A DNA stretch of 64,000 bases, taken from assembly GCA_964553275.1 (NCBI GenBank), contig CAZKKG010000001.1, positions 36,993 to 100,992 of the forward strand, in the 5' to 3' direction. A program made the translations under genes and the position numbers. This DNA comes from an uncultured Candidatus Saccharibacteria bacterium (GTDB taxonomy: Bacteria > Patescibacteriota > Minisyncoccia > Minisyncoccales > CAZBVF01). This document shows positions 10,161 through 20,500 of the stretch, in pieces; position 1 is the first letter of the stretch; each line of letters opens with the position of its first letter. The notes beneath the pieces are model-generated. The model was not told the DNA's origin. It saw only the letters and a list, made by a program, of their open reading frames with translations, and ran no database searches.

Positions 10161-10667
10161 ATTAGAAAACCATTAGCCAACAATCAAATAAGGTCAAGAG
10201 AGGTAAGAGTTGTTGACGAGAACGGAAAGCAATTGGGAGTTTTAAAATTAGAAGATGCGCTCAAAATGTCTTTAGAGCGCGATTTAGATTTAGTTCAGGT
10301 TACAGAAAAAGTTAATCCTCCTGTTTGCAAATTAATGCACTATGGAAAATACTTGTACCAGATAGAAAAAAAAGAAAGGGGAATAAAAAAGAAAAGCGGA
10401 GGGGAAATAAAAGGAATAAGATTAAGTTTCAAAATATCCGACCATGATATGCAGACAAAAGCAAAAAGAACAGTAAAGTTTCTAGAGCAGGAAAATAAGG
10501 TAAGGATAGAATTGCGTTTAAAAGGAAGGGAAAGAGCTTTAGGAGATTTTGCAAAACAAAAAGTAAACAAGTTTCTTGATATCCTAAAGGAATCAACCCC
10601 CTACAGGATTGAGAGAGAATTAAAAAGACAGCCTCGGGGACTGACGGTAATAATATCAAAATCATGA
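10161..10667 (+). CDS. infC: Translation initiation factor IF-3 (probable ATT start at 10161; TTG at 10158 is the alternative)
   Basis: NNQIRSREVRVVDENGKQLG, LDLVQV...PPVCKL, KISDHD, LKGRE; infC-rpmI-rplT order. Confidence 0.95.
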   Translation: MRKPLANNQIRSREVRVVDENGKQLGVLKLEDALKMSLERDLDLVQVTEKVNPPVCKLMHYGKYLYQIEKKERGIKKKSGGEIKGIRLSFKISDHDMQTKAKRTVKFLEQENKVRIELRLKGRERALGDFAKQKVNKFLDILKESTPYRIERELKRQPRGLTVIISKS

Positions 10668-10849
10668 AAACCAGAAAATCAATTACAAAACGTTTTAAAA
10701 TAACTAAAAAAGGGAAAGTCTTGAGAAGAGGCATCGGACAGGACCACGCCAGAGGAAAAAAGTCCGGAAAGAGAATTCGCCAAATAAGAAAGTGGAAAGA
10801 AATGCCTAAAGCTTCAGCAAAAAAAATTAAAAAAATTCTCAACTATTAA
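10664..10849 (+). CDS. rpmI: 50S ribosomal protein L35
   Basis: MKTRKSITKRFKITKKGK; lies between infC and rplT. Confidence 0.95.
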   Translation: MKTRKSITKRFKITKKGKVLRRGIGQDHARGKKSGKRIRQIRKWKEMPKASAKKIKKILNY

Positions 10850-10884
10850 ATTACTTATCTACTTGAGTACTTATTCACTTAATT

Positions 10885-11259
10885 ATGACAAGAGTAAAGA
10901 GAGGAACAACTGCACATAAACGCCGAAAGCATCTGCTAAAGCATGCCAAGGGTTTTATGTGGGGAAGAAAATCAAAATACAGACAGGCAAAAGAAGCTTT
11001 GTACCACGCATGGACATATGCTTACCGCGACAGAAAAGTTAAAAAAAGAGAGTTCCGAAAGTTGTGGCAGATTCAAATTGGTGCTGCCTGCCGAAATCTT
11101 GGATTATCTTATAATAAATTCATTCATCTGTTGAAGGAAAAAAAGATTGAACTAGATAGAAAGATTTTAGCCCAATTAGCAAAAGAGGAACCAGAGAAGT
11201 TTGAGAAGATTGTAGGAGAGGTAAAACCAATAAAGATTGTAAAAAAGAAAGAAAAATAA
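10885..11259 (+). CDS. rplT: 50S ribosomal protein L20
   Basis: MTRVKRG, AKGF.G, YAYRDRK..KREFRKLW, LDRKILA. Confidence 0.97.
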   Translation: MTRVKRGTTAHKRRKHLLKHAKGFMWGRKSKYRQAKEALYHAWTYAYRDRKVKKREFRKLWQIQIGAACRNLGLSYNKFIHLLKEKKIELDRKILAQLAKEEPEKFEKIVGEVKPIKIVKKKEK

Positions 11260-11279
11260 AGACTGAAATTTAATTTAAG

Positions 11280-11306
11280 AAAGATATCTTTTTAGGATAT
11301 CTTTTT
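11280..11306. terminator. Probable bidirectional terminator between the convergent rplT and CapA-family genes
   Basis: AAAGATATCTT-TTT-AGGATATCTTT inverted repeat followed by a T run. Confidence 0.6.
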
Positions 11307-12355
11307 TAGTTATCAGAGATTAATTCTGGTTGAGAATACTCGTTAATTTTTAATTTTTCAGAAAAGATTTCTTGTATTTTTTTATTCTTCACCTTGACCT
11401 TCAAAATAACACTTTCCATGGTTTCTTCAGAAAAGGATTGGTCGAAAACAAAATTACCTAAACTGTAAGCAATCCATCCATCATTATATTTCTCAACTTT
11501 CTGGACAACATGAGGATGGTGGCCAATTACCAAATCCGCTCCATTATTAATACAGCTTTCGGCAAAGAAGATTTGAAAAAGTGTAGGATCTTGCGAATAT
11601 TCCTTACCCGAATGTAAGGAAACAACCAAAATATCAACTATCTTCTTGGACTCTTTAACTTTTTCATTTACCTCATTTATGCCCTCTTGACCTATCCAAG
11701 ACATTCCGGCATATCCATCCCCTGCTCTCCAGTTTTCAGGTCCTAAGTCCGTGTACGCCAGGAAACCAATTTTAGTTTCCGCAATTTCTTTTACTCTAAG
11801 AGAAAATGTTTCTTCTTTATTAAATCCAGCTCCGATATAATCTATACCATTCTTCTCTAAAATATTCATAGTATCTTCTAGGGCTATTCTCTGATAATCA
11901 AGCATATGATTGTTAGCCAAAGATAAAATGTCAAAGCCTGCATAAAGCAAACCATCTACCGTTTCCGGTCCAAATCGAAAAGAATACATACTCCCTACTT
12001 TGATACCTTTGTCCGAAATCGGACCTTCTAAATTACCAAACAAGATATCCGATTTCTTAAGTTCGTCGACAATCTTTAAAAAAGGAAACCTGAAATCTCC
12101 ATTTCCATATTTATCTACATTAATTTCAACTCCTCGGTCTAACATGATGTCGCCTACGAAAAAAAGATTAATTTCAGAATTATTAGAACTCTCTCCCACC
12201 TCTTGCTCGTCAGAATTAATCAAAGTTGTTTGCTTATCGTCTTCTTTTTCTTTTAAATCGAACCCTTTCTCAAAATAAAAAAAGTCTAAAGCAAAATATA
12301 CTAAGCCAAGAATTAAACAACTGAAAAGAATTGTTTTTATGTTTTTAATTTTCAT
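11306..12355 (-). CDS. CapA family (calcineurin-like metallophosphoesterase fold) membrane-anchored protein
   Basis: VGDIMLDR, GNLEGP, SLANNHMLD, SLHSG.E, IGHHPHV, YSLGNFVF; N-terminal TM. Confidence 0.9.
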   Translation of the reverse strand: MKIKNIKTILFSCLILGLVYFALDFFYFEKGFDLKEKEDDKQTTLINSDEQEVGESSNNSEINLFFVGDIMLDRGVEINVDKYGNGDFRFPFLKIVDELKKSDILFGNLEGPISDKGIKVGSMYSFRFGPETVDGLLYAGFDILSLANNHMLDYQRIALEDTMNILEKNGIDYIGAGFNKEETFSLRVKEIAETKIGFLAYTDLGPENWRAGDGYAGMSWIGQEGINEVNEKVKESKKIVDILVVSLHSGKEYSQDPTLFQIFFAESCINNGADLVIGHHPHVVQKVEKYNDGWIAYSLGNFVFDQSFSEETMESVILKVKVKNKKIQEIFSEKLKINEYSQPELISDN

Positions 12356-12472
12356 TTTGTATTAAATTATTTCATTATATAACCTTTCCAATTTCTTGTT
12401 CAAAAAAATGACCTACATTATTATAGTAAGTCATTTTCTTTTTAAAGTCTTTTAACAGATTTATCCTGTCTA

Positions 12473-13480
12473 TTATTTCTCTATGTCCAAAATAATTCTT
12501 ACAGGATTGGTCAAGGCATGAAGATAAAATTTAGCATCTTTATTTAAGGCGATAGTATATCCTATGGCTTGATCGTCATAAACTTTGTTACGAACATAAG
12601 AAGCCACGACTTCGTGATCAACCATAATCGGTTTTTCAACCTGATTATCAGTAAGGTCTCTTCGAATACCGTTTATTACCAAACCAATTGTCTTGGCACT
12701 ATGAGCATAAAAAGCTTCAGTAAAAGGTATAACTATATAATTTTCTTCTGAGCCATATTGATCTGTTATATCAAAAACAAACCTATAATAATCCTCATGG
12801 TCAGCACGTCTAATAAGGTTCAATCCCTGTCCATCGGTTGGTTCACCAACTTGTTGTTTATCAAAGGAATAATTCTCTGGCGAGTAAGTATCAGATTCAC
12901 TTACTACTTCAATAAATTTAAAAGTTTTTGCAATTTTCTCCATATGATTTTTATCGACAATCAAAACAAATGTGTAATATTCTGTTCCCGAAATATTAAT
13001 TGATTGAGGAAATGCGGTTATTAACGCCATTGCACCCTCTTCCGATTCTGGTTGATCTTCCGACGGTATAACTAAACAAGCATCTTGGCCTTGAATTTGT
13101 GAACTCTCAATTTTTGGTTGAGAACCGTAGGGATTAAGCTTATGATAAGCTAAATCTTTACAAACTTCATTTATATCTTTCTCGGTTGCCGACATAAATG
13201 AAAAGAATCCCGTCTCACCTCCATATCTATAATATCCTTTATCTTCATCCCCATATCCTTCAATTGGTTGCCAATTTTCTGGATATTTAATTTCAAACCC
13301 GTGCTCTTCATTTCTGTATGTCTCCCAATCAGCAGTTTCGTCTTGAGATTCTCCTGGCTCTCCAGTAGAGGGTTTTTCTCCTGGGGCATAATAATAATTG
13401 TAAACCACAACCCCTCCGGCTATTACCAATAGAGCTATTAGGACACTTAATATCATTGAGATTCCTTTTTGTTGATTCAT
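12473..13480 (-). CDS. Surface protein with pilin-like leader, PsbP-like domain and AMIN-like C-terminus
   Basis: MNQQKG|ISMIL hydrophobic leader; WETYRNEEHGFEIKYPENW; C-terminal RFVFDI...LTNPVRIILDI. Confidence 0.6.
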   Translation of the reverse strand: MNQQKGISMILSVLIALLVIAGGVVVYNYYYAPGEKPSTGEPGESQDETADWETYRNEEHGFEIKYPENWQPIEGYGDEDKGYYRYGGETGFFSFMSATEKDINEVCKDLAYHKLNPYGSQPKIESSQIQGQDACLVIPSEDQPESEEGAMALITAFPQSINISGTEYYTFVLIVDKNHMEKIAKTFKFIEVVSESDTYSPENYSFDKQQVGEPTDGQGLNLIRRADHEDYYRFVFDITDQYGSEENYIVIPFTEAFYAHSAKTIGLVINGIRRDLTDNQVEKPIMVDHEVVASYVRNKVYDDQAIGYTIALNKDAKFYLHALTNPVRIILDIEK

Positions 13481-13523
13481 AAAATTATAAATATTATCTA
13501 ATTTTTAGATTAACCTTTATTTA

Positions 13524-14438
13524 TTATTTTATATTTACCGAAGATACCTCTGAATACTCACTTTCATTACCATCTCTATCAGCTGAAGTAATCTTATAGT
13601 AAAGAGTGCCTGTGTCTTCTGGTATATTATAGTCAACAGCAGTATGAGCAGATTGAGGGAATAATTCAATTATCTTCTCCCAAGGACCTCTCTCACTTTC
13701 AGCTCTGTAAACATTAAAATAATCAGCTATCTCATAGTTCCAATTTATCTGAACATAAGGTGTGGCACTATCCCCTAAATATGATAGTACTGGAATATTA
13801 GGAACAAGTAGTTTTACGTCAATTAATTTAAAACTATAGACCATTTGCTCAAAAACTGATGAAAAATCGTCACTGTTTACTGTCTCAGCATAGCTAATTA
13901 CAAAAAACTTATCGCCGTATTTATCATTACTCGAAATAATAACTTCCGGCCAACCAGTTCCAAAACCTACTAATCTTATAATTTTTACAGCATTTAATCC
14001 ATTAATATTTATTTCTTGGAAAGAAAATGTATTTTCGTCTCCATATTTAGGGCCAGTAATAATATCATTTAAGTTAAGCTTCGGTGCAGTATTATCCCAA
14101 ACCTTAAAACTAATTCTTACTCCCTCTTCATCCACACAACCCTCACAAGGACCACCAGTACTTATGTATAATTCACCATCAATATTTTGAAGCTCTATGA
14201 CATCGTTTTCATAATAATGTTTTTCATACCAATCTTCTGGATATTTCACTTCAAATCCATACTCCTCATTTCTGTATGTCTTCCAATCAGCAGTTTCGTC
14301 TTGAGGTTCTCCTGGCTCTCCAGTAGAGGGTTTTTCTTCTAAGGTAGAATAGTAATTGTAAGCTACGACTCCCCCAGCTACTATCAAGAGAGCTAACAAG
14401 ATGCTTAATATTGTTGAGATTCCTTTTTGTTTGTTCAT
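13524..14438 (-). CDS. Paralogous surface protein with pilin-like leader, PsbP-like domain and FN3-like C-terminus
   Basis: MNKQKG|ISTIL; WKTYRNEEYGFEVKYPEDW; FN3-like INW..FNVYRA...YYKITSAD.DGNESEYS. Confidence 0.6.
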   Translation of the reverse strand: MNKQKGISTILSILLALLIVAGGVVAYNYYSTLEEKPSTGEPGEPQDETADWKTYRNEEYGFEVKYPEDWYEKHYYENDVIELQNIDGELYISTGGPCEGCVDEEGVRISFKVWDNTAPKLNLNDIITGPKYGDENTFSFQEININGLNAVKIIRLVGFGTGWPEVIISSNDKYGDKFFVISYAETVNSDDFSSVFEQMVYSFKLIDVKLLVPNIPVLSYLGDSATPYVQINWNYEIADYFNVYRAESERGPWEKIIELFPQSAHTAVDYNIPEDTGTLYYKITSADRDGNESEYSEVSSVNIK

Positions 14439-14588
14439 AAGATTGACTTAAAGACTTTTGATTAAAACCTTATTATTTTAATTTTGCATTCGTTAAAAAA
14501 CGAAAAACCTCTTATCTCCTTTTAATTAGAATATGACAACCCAACTTAATACCCGAGCCATCACAAGTCTTTTCTCTAATCCAATATC

Positions 14589-17500
14589 CTATCTACCTCT
14601 TAATAATTCCTTTATTCCTTTTACCAATTCCGAGAAAGTCTGAGAGATATTGGCCAGTCGACCTTTTATATTCCTTAATATTAATGGTTCCTCTTGCTCC
14701 TGCTCAGTAATACTAAACTTACCAGACCAATTTCCAACAAGCCCAGTGGAGTTAATAATTACTATTTTATAATCATCTGCAGGGTCAACTGAACCATTTA
14801 AGGAAGTACCTACTTCCCAAGAATACTTACCTAGAGAAGCAGAAACATTCTCTGCTATTGTCTTTCTATCACCTCCTAAATACGGACCTATTGAAATAGT
14901 AATTAGTCCCTCTCCCTCTGCCTGCCATGTAATATCATGAGTATCTCCGATATACCATCTGTCTCCTCCCTTAGGCGAAGTAATATTAACTGAAGTAACA
15001 AAGTCAACTGTAAAATATCCGTTTAGAATATCTTCAACAGCCGTCCTTGTTTCTGTAGAATCTAATACCTCTTTCAGTTTAATCTTGTATTTTACAGGAA
15101 GAGTTGAAAAGGTTGAAAATATATCAGATTGGCTGGGAACCCAAGAAAGACCAGCCGTTCTTTCAGAAACTGTCATTATCTTTTTCCAATCATCAATTTG
15201 GTTTCCATTATTGTCGTAACCTCCAAGAGAAATATCTATTTCACTTCCCGTCCAGTTGCCTTTTTCCCAATCAATATACAAGTATTCGTTTTTAGTTATT
15301 TGTTCTCCTCCTTTAGGCGAGGTAATGATAATAAAGGGAGATTCTTCTATAGAAGGAGGTTCTTCGATAACTTCAACAATAACGGAATCTTTAGTTGTAT
15401 TATCACTCTCATCGGTAACAACGAATTCAATAGTATAAGTCCCTGCTTCACTATAACTATGAGTAAACGTTACAAATATATGGTTATTCGAATCTATTGT
15501 ATATTCATCTGGATTTGCTATCTCAGATACGTCTTCATAACCCCAAGATACTGTACAAGTTAAAGATTCATTTTCCGGATCATGCATTTCAATTATCCAA
15601 GTTCCTTTCTCATTTGTTTCAAGTTGAGCAGGAGACTGAATGCTATCTATGACAGGAGGAAGATTCCCAGGCGGTTCAGATACGATGCTAAAATAGTTAT
15701 CTGAATCATCGCTATAGAAATGAGAGCCTTCTGTGCATCCAACAACAATTTTATAGCGGGCATCCGGATCAATATCGCTTGATATCTCCCAGGAATAAAA
15801 ACCTTGAGAAGCAGAAATATTCGAAACTATCGTTTTTCTCAAACTTAGACCATAGAGATAAATTGTTACCTTATCTAGTCCATTTGATTCCCAAGTAATA
15901 TCGTATGTTTCTCCGATTACCCATTCCTCTCCTCCGTTGGGCGAGATAACGGTAAGAAGGGTTTCAAAATCAATGGTAAAGTAATCATCTGAAACATCTT
16001 CAATAATATCAGTTTCGCCATTTGTTTCTTTTATCTTAATCTTGTATTCATCAGGGAAGGTTGAAAAACTTGAAATTACAGAATCGTTAATACGGGGCAG
16101 CCAAAATATAAATTCTCGATCAGCAGAAACACCTGCTTGAATCACTTTCCAATCATCAATCTGTTTTCCATTCTCATCGTATCCGGCAAGAAGAATATCT
16201 ACTTCTTTTTCCTCCATTTCTACTTGCTCCCAAACAATTCTGGATGATTTTGTCACACGAAATATTCCTCCGTTAGGAGAAACAACGGTTATAGAAGGAG
16301 CAACAACAAAGTCAACTGTAAAATATCCGTCTGAAATGTCTTCGGCAGCCGTCCTTGTCTCTGTAGAATCTAATACCTCTTTTAATTTGATATTGTATTT
16401 TACAGGAAGAGTTGAAAAAGTTGAGAATATGTTAGATTGGCTGGGAACCCAAGAAAGACCGGCTGTTCCTTCAGAAACTGTAATTATTTTTTTCCAATCA
16501 TCAATTTGGTTTCCATTCTCACTATAACCGCCAAGGGAAATGCCTACCTTATTTCCTAACCAATTATATTTTTCCCAATTAATATATAAATACTCATTTT
16601 CAGTTATTTGCTCACCCCCTTTTGGCGAAGTAATAACAATGGAAGGGTCAAAATCAATAGTAAAGTAATCATCTGAAACATCTTCAATAATATCAGTTTC
16701 GCCATTCGTTTCTTTTATCTTAATCTTGTATTTTACAGGAATAGATGAAAAACAAGAAGGTAGATTTAAAGGAGCATTGGATGGTGTCCAGTAGAAATAT
16801 CCTTGTGCCGTAGAAACTTCTGTCTCAATTAACTTCCAATCATCAGTCTGATTTCCATTACTGTCATAACCGCCAATAAAGACATCAAGCTGTGAATATA
16901 TATTGCCTTCTGAAGTCCACAAAATTTTGTGCTTTTCTTTCCCGCTCCATTTTTCTCCTCCATTAGGAGAGATAACAGTAAGAGAATCTTCTACGGGGTA
17001 TAAAAATTCGCCGTAAAAATTAGTATGTCGGGAATCGTGATAAAATACTGGCCACTCATTGTCCTCAGACTTTCCATCCATATCCCAAACCAATAGACTG
17101 CCAGCTGTAGTATATGTCATTAGTTCATTTTTTCCATCGCCATCTATATCACCCATTGGAGAGCCTGTCCCAAAAACAGTCTGGTTTAGTTTTACAGGAA
17201 AATTCTGTACAACAGACCCGTCCGAGCTATAAGCAAAAAGTTCGGACAATTCTCCTCTGGGAACGTTAATATCACCGTCTACAATGGCTATTGAGATTTC
17301 GTTTTCAATGTCTGTATCCAGGTCACCAAGTAAGGGATGACTTGAAGAATCGCCTCCGTCTCGGTAACTGTAATCGCGAATAGGGAACCCATCTGCTTCT
17401 TGCCATCCTTCATCTCTTTTTTCAAACAAGTGCAGACCTTGGCCATAATTTGTTATCATTGCTATTTCTAATTTTCCATCTTTATCAATATCACCTACAC

Positions 17501-20500
17501 TTAAACCATTAATATGCGAAAGATTTGCGATAGGAATAAAATCTAACACAGAACCATCCCAAGAGTAGATATAAATTCCATCTAATGTCCCTAATACTAT
17601 TTCTGTTTCATCATCATCATTCATGTTACCTAAAACACTCTTAACGTATTTTCCATGCGCCTTGGGCCAACCATCAAGAATATTTCCTTTGTGATCCAAT
17701 AAATAGAGCTCATTAAAAAATATTGATATTAACTCTCCGTATCCGTCATTATTTAAATCGGCCACGGCAATTGACTCTTTTGGAAAGGAGCCACCAGGAT
17801 AGGCAGGAAATCCTTCTAAATAATTTCCGTTTACATCTACGGCATACACATACCCTGACAAGTTGTAAAACATCATTTCAAGCTCCCCGTCTTTATTTAT
17901 ATCTTCTATGCTTACTGGACCTATATAGGGATACTTAGAATCAGAGAGTTTTTTGGGCCATCCATCCCAATAAGTTCCATCGTAATTCAGAATATGCAGA
18001 TATCCAGCATTGTCTCCAACTACTATTTCATTGTGCCCGTCTCCATTTAAATCAGCTACAGCCGGTCCCGACTGCATCATCCCGCCCCAAATATTATAGG
18101 GATTTGTTATTTCTCTTGGCCAACCGCTTACATAAGAACCATCATGAGTAAAAACATGAATATTTTTACCATAAGCAATAATTATATTATCTTGTCCGTT
18201 GTTGTTTATATCTGCTAAAGTTGGCTGTCCGTTGAGAGGTAATACATATCCTTCAAACCCTTCTATAGTATCTATTTCTTTTGGCCATCCTTCATGAATA
18301 GCCGGATCAATGTATATTTTAATATCCTCTACTTGCTCCTGCCTGTCTTCAAAATAGACTGTTAATTTTAAATAGTGATACCCGGGATTAGTAAAAGACG
18401 CAACATTCCATTTTCCTAAAACATTTTGATTCACTGGGTAATTTCCATTGTCCGTGAGAATTATTTCTTTGTCAGTACAATTGACATAATTTTCATCACA
18501 CCATTCAATGGTATAATTTTTAAAACCAAAACCCATTACCTTGCCTTCTATATTTATTTCCTCCCAAGTCGGGAGCACTTCTCGAGCCTGTCGAAGCTGC
18601 CAATTAGTCCAATTGGCCTCTCCTCTGATATCTTTAGGATAGGTTATTTTTATGTTATCCAAATTAACGAACCCAAATTCTTCGCTTTCCTCAGTCCCCA
18701 TTTTCGCAATTAATTTCAATGTATATTCCCCATCTTCCAGATATCTGAGATCCCAATTGCACAAAGTATCATCTGTAACAACAGCTAGACCGCTGCATAT
18801 TTCTATCCAATCTTTAGCTTCTGGATCTTTCCCGTTCACGTAATAAAGATTAAAACTATCACCAGCAACGGTTCCCTTGACGTTAAAATTCTCACCATCA
18901 ATTTCTACCGGGTTATATAAAACAGCTACAGAAGGTTTTTCAGCTTGAACTGCTTTTAAGACGTCTATCATGCCATAACCTTGAGTATATATGTCATAAC
19001 CTAAGTCTAAGGCAGTATTTCTTAAAACCATCTTTATTTCTTCCGGACTCCAGTCGGGATGGGCTTGTTTAATTAAAGCTGCTGCTCCGGCTATATGAGG
19101 GGTGGCCATGGAGGTTCCAGAGATGGAAGTATGCTCGTCGTCAAAACATTTCTTATCATTCCAAGCAGAGTCCCACTGAGAAGAACAGATTTCAACACCC
19201 GGGGCAACAACGTCCGGTTTGACTCCTGCAGCAGTGGGCCCTCTAGAACTAAACTTTGCGATTTTATCATCGCAATATGTATGAACCCCCACTTGATCTG
19301 TCATACAAGAAGCTCCTACGGTCAACGCTTTTCTGGCAGTGCCAGGAGAACCTATGGTTTCATACCCGTTACCGGAATTTCCAGCCGCTACTACTGCTAT
19401 GACTCCAGCCTTAACAGCCTCGTCTACAGCTAATGATGGTGGATCATCCTGATGGCAATATACAGGATTAAAACATCCTAAGCTCAAAGAAATAATATCA
19501 GCATGATCTGAATAATCACCATCCTGATTAGGATCAACTGCTATTTCAATGCCTGCTATGACTTGATCAAATGTTCCTGAACCAGAATCATTCAAGACCT
19601 TATATGCCAATAATTTAGCATCGGGCGCAACTCCTTTTAAATTTCCATTACTGGCAGCAATTCCAGCACAATGAGTCCCGTGACCATGATCATCCATTGG
19701 GTCTGAATCATTGTTGATAAAATCATAACCGCCAATCACCTTACATCCGCTCCCCAAACACCCGCCCAAATCAGGATGGGTATAATCTATACCCGTATCT
19801 ATTACAGCAATAGTTATTCCCTCACCTGTATAGCCCAAATCCCAAACTTCATCAGCCCGAATTAATGAAACAGAATCCGTTAACAGAGCTCTGACTTTAT
19901 AGTTTGGAAAGACTTCTTTAATATAATCTAATTTTTCAATCTCTTCTGCTTCTTCCTGAGAAATATCTAAAGCGATACCGTTGAAAACATGTTTAAATTC
20001 TCTTTCAATTTTCTGATCAAATCCAGAAATCTTTGCCTTGAGTTGAGTCTTATAGGATTGAAATGTCAAATTTAAATCACTTCTATAGGAATCAAATTGA
20101 GCACTTTCTTGAACAGAGGTTATTGCCTTCTTTTCTGCTTGATTATGAAGTTCTTGCCACTCACTTATAAGTGATTTCTCTTTAAATTGTATTATATAGC
20201 CTTGGAACTCAGATTCTTCAAGCCCGGCTTCTTCTGGAATAAGTTCCAGAGACTCTTGAGGAATATCCTCAAAAGTTTCATAAACTCCTGCCTCAGCTTT
20301 CTCCGTTAAATATATTCCTGCGTGCTCCCCAGACAGTATAGTCACTTCTTGTTGGGTTTTCTGTTGAGTTTCAGCAGTTTGCGATTCTTGACTCTCGTTT
20401 GCTTCTGGCAATGGTTCTTTCTTTCCTAATGATGCCTCCTCTCCACAGGAAACACATTGATCCTTGTAAAGCTCATTTAGCTTTTTCAAAGTCATGGAAC

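Noticed and set aside
9935-10183. 82-aa minus-strand ORF
   Set aside because: Antisense to tmRNA and the infC start; shadow ORF
12473-14438. Diversity-generating retroelement behind the paralogous surface genes
   Set aside because: No reverse transcriptase in the window; the shared segment is N-terminal and coding in both copies; differences are not adenine-specific
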